A DNA stretch of 64,000 nucleotides. Origin: an uncultured Clostridia bacterium. GTDB lineage: Bacteria; Bacillota; Clostridia; TANB77; CAG-508. Made by a program: the position numbers and the translations under genes. This document shows positions 1 to 9,300 of the stretch, one piece after another. The notes below the pieces were generated by a model. It ran no database searches. It was not told where the DNA came from and saw only the letters and a list, made by a program, of their open reading frames with translations. Position 1 is the stretch's first letter; the number at the start of each line of letters is the position of its first letter. The DNA lies in assembly GCA_963931445.1 (NCBI GenBank), contig OZ007016.1:129546-193545 (forward strand), given 5' to 3'.

Positions 1-462
1 GTATGTGTTGGAAAAATTAAAGAAAATTATTTAAAAGATGCTATTTTAGAATATTCTAAAAGGCTTTCTAAGTATTGTAAATTAGATATTATAGAAATAG
101 ATGATGAGCAAATTCCTAATAATTTAAATTCTAAATTATGTGAAAATATAAAAAATATAGAAGGAAATAAGATATTATCTCACATAAAAAATAGTTATGT
201 TATTTCTTTAGATTTAAAAGGAAAACAATATTCTTCTGAAGAGTTTTCTCTAAAATTAGAAAATATTGCAATAAATAATAATAGTAATATAACATTTATT
301 ATAGGTGGTTCTTTAGGGCTTTCTAATGATGTAATATTAAAATCAAATGAATTAATTTGTTTTTCTAAAATGACTTTTCCACATCAATTAATAAGAGTTT
401 TTTTATTAGAACAATTATTTAGAGCCTATAAAATACAAAATAATGAAACTTATCATAGATAA
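1..462 (+). CDS. rlmH: 23S rRNA (pseudouridine1915-N3)-methyltransferase RlmH, 5'-truncated at window edge
   Basis: Frame-1 translation from position 1 (VCVGKIKENYLKDAILEYSKRL...IIGGSLGLSNDV...) matches the SPOUT RlmH family. Stop TAA at 460-462. Confidence 0.8.
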   Translation, partial: VCVGKIKENYLKDAILEYSKRLSKYCKLDIIEIDDEQIPNNLNSKLCENIKNIEGNKILSHIKNSYVISLDLKGKQYSSEEFSLKLENIAINNNSNITFIIGGSLGLSNDVILKSNELICFSKMTFPHQLIRVFLLEQLFRAYKIQNNETYHR

Positions 463-955
463 ATATTTTTTTATTTTTTAATATATAAGATTGTAGAGGG
501 ATTTTTAAAAAAGAAAAGAAGTGATATGAAATTAACTTAAAATTAATTTTATTTTTTCTATATTTATTTATAGAAGAATTTTCTCATAAGAGAAATAATT
601 TTTAAATTTTTAATTATTTTATTTTTATTATTTTTTTATTTTTCGGGGGCAAAATAATTAAAAGATATCCCTCTACAAGATTAAAAACTTTTTAGATTAA
701 ATATTAATTATTATATAATTAAAAAATAATAATTAATATTTTTTAATTTTTATTTAAATAATATTTTATTTTTGTAATTAATCTCATAGCTAATAATTTA
801 ATTAGAATATTTTTTATTATAAAAAATATTGTTATAAAGATTAAAATTTTAAAGAATAAACTAAACATTATATGTTCCTTTGTTGTTTTAAAGTTTACAT
901 TATGAATTTTATGTATACATTTTACACTCATCTTTTTTAAATGTCAATAAAAACT

Positions 956-1486
956 TTAAGACAAAATTCGACATACAATTGTAGATGCAACCATTCCAGC
1001 AATATCTGCTGCTAACGCACCAAGTAGTATCCATCTAGTTTTCTTTATTCCTACAGCACTTGTATAAATTGCTATTGTATAAAATGTTGTTTCTGTAGAT
1101 CCCATTATAGTTGAAGTTATAAAACCTGTTAAAGTATCTACTCCATAATTTCGCATAATATCTACTGCTACTGCCATTGATGCACTCCCAGAAATAGGCC
1201 TTAAAAGAGCTAGTGGTAATATACTACTTGGTATTTTTAATATATTAGTAATTGGTGTTATTAAATCTACTATTGCCTCAATAAGTCCAGAAGTTCGTAA
1301 TGCACCTATTGCTAAAAATATTCCTAGCAATGTTGGAAACATTTTAAATACAATTTCAATTCCTTCTTTTGCTCCATCTAAAAATCTATCAAATACTTTT
1401 TCTTTTTCTTTTAATCCTATAGCAATTATTGTAACAATAATTGCAGGTATTGCCATATTAGACATATACTGTACTATATTTAACAT
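956..1486 (-). CDS. spmB: spore maturation protein B (nucleoside transporter-like membrane protein)
   Basis: 176-aa polytopic membrane ORF immediately downstream of spmA. SD aaaggtga is 5 nt before the ATG. Confidence 0.75.
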   Translation of the reverse strand: MLNIVQYMSNMAIPAIIVTIIAIGLKEKEKVFDRFLDGAKEGIEIVFKMFPTLLGIFLAIGALRTSGLIEAIVDLITPITNILKIPSSILPLALLRPISGSASMAVAVDIMRNYGVDTLTGFITSTIMGSTETTFYTIAIYTSAVGIKKTRWILLGALAADIAGMVASTIVCRILS

Positions 1487-2065
1487 TTATTTCACCTTTT
1501 TTATTAATATTTTTGTAACTAAAATTCCTACACTTGCTGCAATTATAGTTGCTATCCATACAGGAATTATAATTAAACTAGGATTTTGAGAATTAAGCGA
1601 TGTTCTAATTGCTATTACATTAGATGGAATTAATTGAATTGATGCAGTATTTATTACAATAAACATCATCATAGAATTTGTTAAAACATCTTTATTTTTA
1701 TTTTCTTTTTGCATGGTTTTCATTGCTTTTATTCCTAATGGTGTAGCTGCATTTCCTAATCCTAAAATATTTGCAATCATGTTCATTGAAATTTCTTGTT
1801 TTGCTTTTTCTTTATTTTTTAACTCCGGAAACAAAAAATTAATTAATGGTTTTAATAAATTATTTAATTTATTTATTAAAGATGTATTTTTAGCTATCTC
1901 CATTATTCCATTCCATAAGCATATAGTTCCCAAAAATGTTATAGAAAGCTCTACTGCTTCAGCTAAAGAGTTAAAAATTCCTGTATTTAGACTATCTATT
2001 TTTCCAGAAAAAACAGCATATATAAATGATAAAATAATAAAAATCGGCCATAATATATTTAACAT
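1487..2065 (-). CDS. spmA: spore maturation protein A
   Basis: 192-aa membrane ORF with an N-terminus typical of SpmA (MLNILWPIFIILSF...). Adjacent to spmB on the same strand, with SD aggtga. Confidence 0.75.
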   Translation of the reverse strand: MLNILWPIFIILSFIYAVFSGKIDSLNTGIFNSLAEAVELSITFLGTICLWNGIMEIAKNTSLINKLNNLLKPLINFLFPELKNKEKAKQEISMNMIANILGLGNAATPLGIKAMKTMQKENKNKDVLTNSMMMFIVINTASIQLIPSNVIAIRTSLNSQNPSLIIIPVWIATIIAASVGILVTKILIKKVK

Positions 2066-2166
2066 TTACTTCACCTATTTAATATTATTCTATAATTATT
2101 TTATTTATTCATTATTGTTGTGTAGTATTTTGTCGAACGATTTTTTTAAATTTATACAGCTTTTTA

Positions 2167-2214
2167 TTGCCTTTTTTACATATTTATGCTATCATATAAA
2201 AAGATTTTGTCGAA
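2167..2214 (+). promoter_or_regulatory. abrB promoter (-35 TTGCCT 2167-2172, 17-bp spacer, -10 TATCAT 2190-2195) with Spo0A boxes TGTCGAA at 2131-2137 and 2208-2214
   Basis: The -35 and -10 hexamers and the TGTCGAA motifs are read directly from the sequence. Spo0A represses abrB in Bacillus and Clostridium through 0A boxes of this type. Confidence 0.5.
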
Positions 2215-2241
2215 TTTTGTAGAAATAAGAGGAGGATTTAT

Positions 2242-2484
2242 ATGAAATCAACTGGGATTGTTAGAAGAGTAGATGAATTAGGAAGAGTAGTTATTCCTAT
2301 AGAAATAAGAAATAAGTTTGGAATAGCTGAAAAAGATCCTATTGAAATATATGTAGATGGTTCAAATATTGTACTAAAAAAATATGAGCAGAATTGTATA
2401 TTCTGTGGCAATACAAAAAATCTTGTAGAACATAATGGAAAATTAATATGTAGCAAATGTATATCTCAATTATCTGAAAAATAA
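2242..2484 (+). CDS. abrB: transition-state regulator AbrB (clostridial form with C-terminal Cys pairs)
   Basis: N-terminus MKSTGIVRRVDELGRVVIPIEIRNKFGIAEKDPIEIYVDG matches the AbrB/SpoVT swapped-hairpin domain. SD agaggagg precedes the ATG. Confidence 0.9.
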   Translation: MKSTGIVRRVDELGRVVIPIEIRNKFGIAEKDPIEIYVDGSNIVLKKYEQNCIFCGNTKNLVEHNGKLICSKCISQLSEK

Positions 2485-2499
2485 TATCTTTCTTTAGTA

Positions 2500-2668
2500 A
2501 CTAGTCTTTTTTTATTATTGTATAGGAAAAATCGACTTTTTACTTGATATTTCAGTATCTTTAACGATTTTTTCTATACAACAAGGTTAAGTTTCCTTGG
2601 GCTGTGCATATTTGCGAAGCAAAATGCTACAAAAGGCAAAGCCACTTTTCTTATTCAATAATTTAATT
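2500..2668 (-). repeat. structured intergenic repeat, copy A (full length, reverse orientation relative to copy D)
   Basis: Shares the blocks ttgtatagg-aaaaatcgac...gtcgattttt-cctatacaa, aaccttgttgtatag, ccaaggaaacttaacc and the hairpin gcattttgcttcgcaaatatgc with copies at 10790, 19125 and 40434. Confidence 0.7.
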
Positions 2669-2672
2669 CTTC

Positions 2673-3503
2673 TTATACAAATAATTTATAAATTTCATTT
2701 TTGGGTACATTTTTATTTTTAGCTATTTGTTTTATTATATCTTTTTTTTCCATCCCTTGAGATTTATAAAATTCATATTGTTCTTTTATAGATTTATTTA
2801 ATATTTCTTCTTTCTCTTCTCTTTGATTAAAATTCATATCTAATAAAATAATATATTCACCTTTTATTTTTTCTTCTTTGTTTAATTTTTCAATTAAATT
2901 ATAAATATTATTTCTTTCGAATTTTTCATGAATTTTTGTAAGTTCTTTTGCTATTACACAATTCACATTACCTACGCTTTCTAGGATATCTTCTAATGTT
3001 TTAATAAGCTTATGTGGTGCTTCATATAATATAATAGTTTTATCTTCATTTTTTATTCTTTCTAATATATTTTTTCTATTTTTTTTGTTTAGTGGTAAAA
3101 AACCATAAAACGCAAATTCTTTAGTGTTTAAACCAGATGAAATTAAAGCATTTATCAATGCACATGCACCTGGTATTGGAATAATTTCTATGTTTTGTTT
3201 AATTGCTTGTTTTACAACTTCTTCTCCTGGATCAGATATTCCTGGAGTTCCAGCATCTGTAACAATAGCAATATCTTGCCCTTCTAATAATTTATTAATT
3301 AAAATATTTACTTTTACTTCTTCATTATGCCTGTGATAACTTATTAATGGCTTACTTATTTCATAATAATTTAATAATTTTAATGTATGTCTTGTATCTT
3401 CTGCTGCAATTAAATCTACTTGTTTTAATATATTAATTGCTCTAAAAGTAATATCTTCTAAATTTCCTATTGGTGTTGCTACTAAGTATAATTTACCTAA
3501 CAT
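2673..3503 (-). CDS. rsmI: 16S rRNA (cytidine1402-2'-O)-methyltransferase RsmI (YabC-like tetrapyrrole methylase fold)
   Basis: N-terminus MLGKLYLVATPIGNLEDITFRAINILKQVDLIAAEDTRHT is the RsmI signature. Confidence 0.85.
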   Translation of the reverse strand: MLGKLYLVATPIGNLEDITFRAINILKQVDLIAAEDTRHTLKLLNYYEISKPLISYHRHNEEVKVNILINKLLEGQDIAIVTDAGTPGISDPGEEVVKQAIKQNIEIIPIPGACALINALISSGLNTKEFAFYGFLPLNKKNRKNILERIKNEDKTIILYEAPHKLIKTLEDILESVGNVNCVIAKELTKIHEKFERNNIYNLIEKLNKEEKIKGEYIILLDMNFNQREEKEEILNKSIKEQYEFYKSQGMEKKDIIKQIAKNKNVPKNEIYKLFV

Positions 3504-3514
3504 TTATTTTCTCC

Positions 3515-4267
3515 TTATTTTTTTCCATAAATTTTATAAATTTCTTCACTATATTTTCCATCTTTTTCATATATAAATAAAGGCTTTTCTACTTTTAAAA
3601 ATGGATTTGCATTTTTTATTCCTTTTATTAAAACTAATGTAGGTTCTTTATTTATATTTGAATAAACAAACCTTATTTTTTTTGGTTCTATTTTATATTT
3701 TCTCATACTACTTAATATATCTACTAATCTATCTGGTCTATGTACCATATAGAATTCACCTTTATCTTTTAGCAAATATTTTGATACTTCTAAAAAGTCA
3801 TCTAAATTTGCTGTTATCTCATGCCTCGAAATATATTTATATTCATTTTCATTTATTTTACCTGTTTCAATTTTTTTATATGGAGGATTTGTTACAATAA
3901 AGTCAAAACTTTCTTTTTTTACTATTTCTAAGTTTTTATTTTCTAATATTTCTTTAATATTAATATTTAAAATATCAATTTTTTCTTGTAATCCATTAAG
4001 CTCAACACTTCTTTTTGCCATATCGGCTACATCTTTTTGAATTTCTATTCCTATAATTTTTAATAAATTAGTTTTACTTGAAAGTAATATACTAATTATG
4101 CCAGTTCCTGTTCCTAAATCTATACCAATTGAATTATTTTTTATCTCTTTCGCAAAATCAGATATTAAAACACTATCTATTCCAAAACAAAAACCTTCTT
4201 TATTTTGTATTATTTTTAAATTTTTATATTCTAAATCATCTATTCTTTCATTTTCTTTTAATTCCAT
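3515..4267 (-). CDS. tRNA1(Val) adenine-N6 methyltransferase (YabB/TrmN6-like); start taken at the second Met (MELKENE). A GTG three codons upstream at 4276 is possible.
   Basis: NPPY motif (IVTNPPYKK) and a Rossmann GxGxG motif (DLGTGTGII). Conserved position next to rsmI. Confidence 0.7.
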   Translation of the reverse strand: MELKENERIDDLEYKNLKIIQNKEGFCFGIDSVLISDFAKEIKNNSIGIDLGTGTGIISILLSSKTNLLKIIGIEIQKDVADMAKRSVELNGLQEKIDILNINIKEILENKNLEIVKKESFDFIVTNPPYKKIETGKINENEYKYISRHEITANLDDFLEVSKYLLKDKGEFYMVHRPDRLVDILSSMRKYKIEPKKIRFVYSNINKEPTLVLIKGIKNANPFLKVEKPLFIYEKDGKYSEEIYKIYGKK

Positions 4268-4363
4268 AAAATGCACCCATTACATAAATTTTTAAATATT
4301 ATATAATAATTCTTGTTTGTTTTCAAGATTAACATAATGATAATTTAAAATTTACAAATTAGT

Positions 4364-4391
4364 TGACATTTACAAACAAAAGTTCTATAAT
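4364..4391 (+). promoter_or_regulatory. near-consensus sigma-A promoter for the KilA-N gene (TTGACA 4364-4369, 16-bp spacer, TATAAT 4386-4391)
   Basis: Both hexamers are read directly from the sequence. Confidence 0.5.
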
Positions 4392-4412
4392 ATTATTACA
4401 CCAAAAAAGGAT

Positions 4413-5300
4413 GTGATAATTTTGAAAAAGGAAACTATAAAAACAGAAATAAAAGTTAAAAATAACTTAGTTAGGATTATTAGAATTGATAATGTTGACT
4501 ACATATCTTTGACAGATTTAGCTAAATATCAAAATGCAGATGACCCATCAGGTGTTATAAGAAATTGGATGTCAAACAAAAATTCTTTTGAATTCTATAA
4601 CCTTTGGGAGGAACTGCACAATGAAAATTTTAATTCCGTGGAATCTCACAGAATTAAAATTAATGAAGTTGGTTATAATCGTTTTACAATGACACCAAAT
4701 CGATGGAAAAAGGACTTTAATGCTATAGGAATAATTCCAAGTAGTGGAAAATATAGTGCTGGAACATTTGCTCATCCAGATATTGCTTTTGAATTTGCTA
4801 GTTGGCTTAATACAGAATTTAAACTTTATTTAATTACGGAATTTGAAAGATTAAAACAAAATGAAGGCTATCAAAATAAAGTAGAATGGTCTGTAAGAAG
4901 AGAATTAGCAAAAACTAATTATAAAATACATACTAATAGTATAAAAGAAAATTTAGTTCCAACTTTAACTGAAAAACAAAAACAATATATCTATGCAAAT
5001 GAAGCTGATTTATTAAATGTTGCACTATTTGGCAAAACAGCTAAAGAATGGAAAGATGAAAACTCCAATTTAGATGGAAATATGAGAGATTATGCTAATA
5101 TACTTCAATTAGTAATTTTAACTAATCTAGAAAATTTGAATGCAGAAATGATAAATCAGGGAATCTGTCAAAGTAAAAGATTAGAGAGATTAAATAAAAT
5201 AGCAAAAAAACAATATGAAATTTTACAAAATAGTAAAGGTATAAAAGAATTTGCAAATTTAGATAAGAAAGGTATTTCGCCAAGTATGCCTCCAAAGTAA
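4413..5300 (+). CDS. KilA-N domain protein (phage/mobile-element DNA-binding family). Start uncertain: GTG at 4413 or TTG at 4422.
   Basis: N-terminal region (LVRIIRIDNVDYISLTDLAKY...NWMSNKNSFEF) matches the KilA-N fold. Not part of the conserved origin gene set. Confidence 0.6.
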   Translation: MIILKKETIKTEIKVKNNLVRIIRIDNVDYISLTDLAKYQNADDPSGVIRNWMSNKNSFEFYNLWEELHNENFNSVESHRIKINEVGYNRFTMTPNRWKKDFNAIGIIPSSGKYSAGTFAHPDIAFEFASWLNTEFKLYLITEFERLKQNEGYQNKVEWSVRRELAKTNYKIHTNSIKENLVPTLTEKQKQYIYANEADLLNVALFGKTAKEWKDENSNLDGNMRDYANILQLVILTNLENLNAEMINQGICQSKRLERLNKIAKKQYEILQNSKGIKEFANLDKKGISPSMPPK

Positions 5301-5380
5301 ATGCGAATTTTAAAATTTATAAATATTTTCCTTTAACTATTTTTCTTATTATGACATACTATATTATAAAGGTGATTGTA

Positions 5381-5533
5381 ATGAATAATAATAGACAAAA
5401 TTGTGAAAAAAATAGACTTAATTTTAAATGCAAAAAAGAAAATGCTATAAACTCTTTATTTGAGGTTGAGCATTTTCTTTGTAATTTGAAAAAAATCTGT
5501 AATACAATTAATTTATATAAAATATTAAAATAA
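5381..5533 (+). CDS. small Cys-rich hypothetical protein (50 aa, four Cys)
   Basis: SD aaaggtga is 5 nt before the ATG. CxxxxxxxxC...C...C spacing. No recognisable family. Confidence 0.25.
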   Translation: MNNNRQNCEKNRLNFKCKKENAINSLFEVEHFLCNLKKICNTINLYKILK

Positions 5534-5554
5534 TTATTTTTCTGTAATATTATT

Positions 5555-6115
5555 TTAGTTATTTTCTTCTTTTATTACTACAAATGGATCATCAAATCTT
5601 ATTTTATTATCTTTAAATGCTTTATTTTCTTCGCCATCTATTAATATTTTAACTGAATTTACTTCTGTTAAATTAGTCATTGTATTAACAATTGAATATA
5701 TTGTAATGCTTTCTTTTTCTTCTCCTCCTTCATGATTTTCCACAAATTCTTTTGATAAATCTAAATATAATATATCTCCTTTTAATTCTATTTTATTTAT
5801 TTTTGTTCCTTCTGGTATTGTTTTTGATAAGGTTTGATTATTTGGTCCTTGAATTAACATTTCCATTAACTTATTATATGGCTCTTTTACTAATTCTTTT
5901 GCATCAATTAATCTTCCTTCTGAAACTAAACTTTTTGTATTACTATTATAAAAGTATAATGATACTATTGTTTGTCTCATTTGTTCTTCTGATATTTCTT
6001 CTTCTGGAATTATTTCATTTGTTTCATTATTTCTATTTTTTGTAAAAAAATAAAAAGCTCCTATTCCAATTAATATCAAGACAATAATTATTAATATAAT
6101 TAATTTTTTATTCAT
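5555..6115 (-). CDS. GerMN-domain sporulation/germination lipoprotein-like protein
   Basis: N-terminal TM/signal sequence followed by a GerMN-like region (...VSLYFYNSN...YLDLSKEF...). Confidence 0.6.
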   Translation of the reverse strand: MNKKLIILIIIVLILIGIGAFYFFTKNRNNETNEIIPEEEISEEQMRQTIVSLYFYNSNTKSLVSEGRLIDAKELVKEPYNKLMEMLIQGPNNQTLSKTIPEGTKINKIELKGDILYLDLSKEFVENHEGGEEKESITIYSIVNTMTNLTEVNSVKILIDGEENKAFKDNKIRFDDPFVVIKEENN

Positions 6116-6393
6116 AACATTCCTCCCATTCTTTTTTATTAATTCATAATTATTATAGACAAGTACTTTTTAGAACTATTTTTTTAATTTAATAAAATAA
6201 ATGAATTTATGGTCACTTTATTCTTATCTATTTTTAATACTATTTTTCTTTTGTATTTTCTGCTGGAAAGCTCATTTTACCTATATTTTCCATTTGACAA
6301 ATTACTATTTTCCGTATACAATTAAGAATGTATTATTAGATTTAAACATATTATTTTTATAATATGTTCTTAAATTTGAAAGGAAGAAATATA

Positions 6394-9300
6394 ATGAGCA
6401 ATTTATTACATATTGGATTAGATGTTGGTTCTACTACCGTAAAAATAGTTGTTATGGATAGTGAACTAAATACTATATATAGAAATTATCAAAGACATTT
6501 TTCAGATACTAAGAATACAGTTTGTAATGTATTAGAAGATTTGGCAGAAAAATACCCAAATTTTGAATTTACAATAGCTCTTACTGGTTCTGGTGCTATG
6601 TCTGCTGCAAAATTTTTGGATTTACCTTTTATTCAAGAAGTAGTTTCTTGCAAAAGAGCAGTAGAAAAATATATTCCTAAAACAGATGTAGTTATTGAAC
6701 TAGGTGGTGAAGATGCAAAAATAATTTATTTTGATAAATCTATTGAACAAAGAATGAATGGAACTTGTGCTGGCGGTACAGGTGCATTTATAGACCAAAT
6801 GGCTTCACTTTTAAATACAGATCCTACTGGTTTAAATGAGCTTGCTAAAAACTATAAAATGATATACCCTATAGCTTCTCGTTGTGGTGTATTTGCTAAA
6901 ACTGATATACAACCACTTTTAAATGAAGGAGCAGCTAAAGAAGATATTGCTGTATCTATTTTTCAAGCTGTTGTAAATCAAACTATTAGTGGACTTGCTT
7001 GTGGAAGACCAATTAGAGGAAATGTTGCATTTTTGGGTGGACCCCTTAATTATTTATCAGAATTAAGAAATAGATTTATAGAAACTCTAAAATTAAAAGA
7101 TGATCAGATAATTCTTCCAGAAGAAGCTCACCTTTTAGTTGCTAAGGGAGCTGCATTAGATTCTATAGATTCACATTCTATAACAGTAGAAAAATTAAAA
7201 AGTAAAATTGAAGTTTTAAAAGTCTCTCATGATGATACTTCAAATCCTTTAAGTCCATTATTTTCAATAGATGCAGATTATGAAGAATTTAAAAACAGAC
7301 ATAATAAAGATACTGTTGAAAAAAGAGATTTGTCTACTTTTGAAGGAGATTGCTATGTAGGAATAGATGCTGGTTCTACAACTACAAAATTAACTTTAAT
7401 TGATAGTGATGGAAAACTTTTATATTCACTTTATGGAAGTAATGAAGGAAATCCTCTTCAAAGTGTTATAAAAGCTCTTAAAAAATTATATTCTGTACTT
7501 CCAGAAAAAGCAGCAATTAGATATAGTGGTGTTACTGGTTATGGTGAAAAACTAATACAAACTGCTTTAAATGTAGATTTAAACGAAATTGAGACTATTG
7601 CACATTATACAGCTGCTAAAAAATTTATGCCAAATGTTACTAGTATTGTAGATATTGGTGGTCAAGATATGAAATACATAAAAATGAAAAATGGAGCAAT
7701 AGATAATATAATGCTTAATGAAGCTTGTTCATCAGGTTGTGGATCTTTTATTGAAACTTTTGCTAAAAGCTTAAATCTCTCAATAGAAGAGTTTGTAAAA
7801 TCTGCAATAGAAGCAAGAAGACCCGTAGATTTGGGTTCAAGATGTACAGTATTTATGAATTCTAAAATTAAACAAGCTCAAAAAGAAGGATATTCTGTAG
7901 GAGATATATCAGCAGGACTTTCTTATTCTGTAATTAAAAATGCAATTCAAAAAGTTATGAAAGTGAGAGATGTAAAAAAATTAGGTGCACATATAGTTGT
8001 ACAAGGTGGTACTTTCTATAATGATGCTGTACTTCGTGCATTTGAATTAATTGTTGGAAGAAATGTTGTAAGACCAGATATTGCAGGCCTTATGGGTGCT
8101 TATGGTGTTGCACTTTTAGCTAAAGAACAATATGAAGCAAATTTAGATATGGAGTATAAATCAACTATTACTAAACTCGAGGATTTAGATAACTTAAAAA
8201 TAGATATTTCTCATATTCGTTGTAATGGTTGTGAAAATCATTGCTTGCTTACTATTAATAAATTCAGTAATGGCACAAAATATATTTCTGGAAATCGTTG
8301 TGAAAAAGGTGCTGGAATTGTAGGTGGTGTAAACGAGCTCCCAAATTTAATAAAATATAAATATGAAAGAATTTTTGGTTATACTCCATTAGAAGAAAAA
8401 GATGCTCCAAGAGGTACTATTGGAATTCCTAGAGTCTTAAATATGTATGAAGATTATCCTTTTTGGTTTACATTTTTAACTAATCTAGGTTTTAGGGTAA
8501 TTCTCTCTGAAAAAAGTAATAGAAAAACTTATGAAAAAGGTATGGAATCTATGCCTTCTGAATCAGTTTGTTTTCCTGCTAAATTATCACATGGTCATAT
8601 AATTGGATTAATTAATAAAGGAATTAAAACTATATTCTACCCTTGTATGCCTTATTCTAGGAAGGAGTATAAAAAAGCTGATAATCACTATAATTGTCCT
8701 ATAGTTATATCTTATTCAGAAGTTTTAAAAAATAATGTAGAAGAAATAAAAGAAAAAAATATAAAATTTTTAAATCCTTTTTTACCTTTTGATGCTAAAA
8801 ATCTAGCAAAAACTATATTAGAGTTGCCAGAATTTAAGGAATACAATTTCACAAAGAAAGAATTAATGGATGCTGCAAAAAAAGCTGAGGAAGAATATCA
8901 AAACTGCAAAAATGATATTCATAAAAAAGGTCAAGAAACTCTTGAATATATAGAAAAAAACAATTTAAAAGGAATAGTCTTAGCAGGTCGTCCATACCAT
9001 GTGGATCCAGAAGTAAATCATGGAATAGATACTTTAATTACAAGTTTGGGCTTATGTGTTCTTACTGAAGATAGTATTTCTAATCAAACAGAAGTTAAAC
9101 GCCCAATAAGAGTTGTTGACCAGTGGGTTTTTCATGCAAGGCTTTATGCTGCTGCAGACTTTGTAGGAAAACATGATAATTTAGAATTAGTTCAATTAAA
9201 TTCTTTTGGTTGTGGTGTAGATGCAGTTACAACTGATCAGGTAGAAGAAATTTTATCAAGTTTTGGAAAAATGTACACATTAATAAAAATAGATGAAATA

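Noticed and set aside
1713-2222. Plus-strand ORF 1713..2222 (169 aa)
   Set aside because: Antisense to spmA. There is no RBS and its composition is an artefact of the opposite strand.
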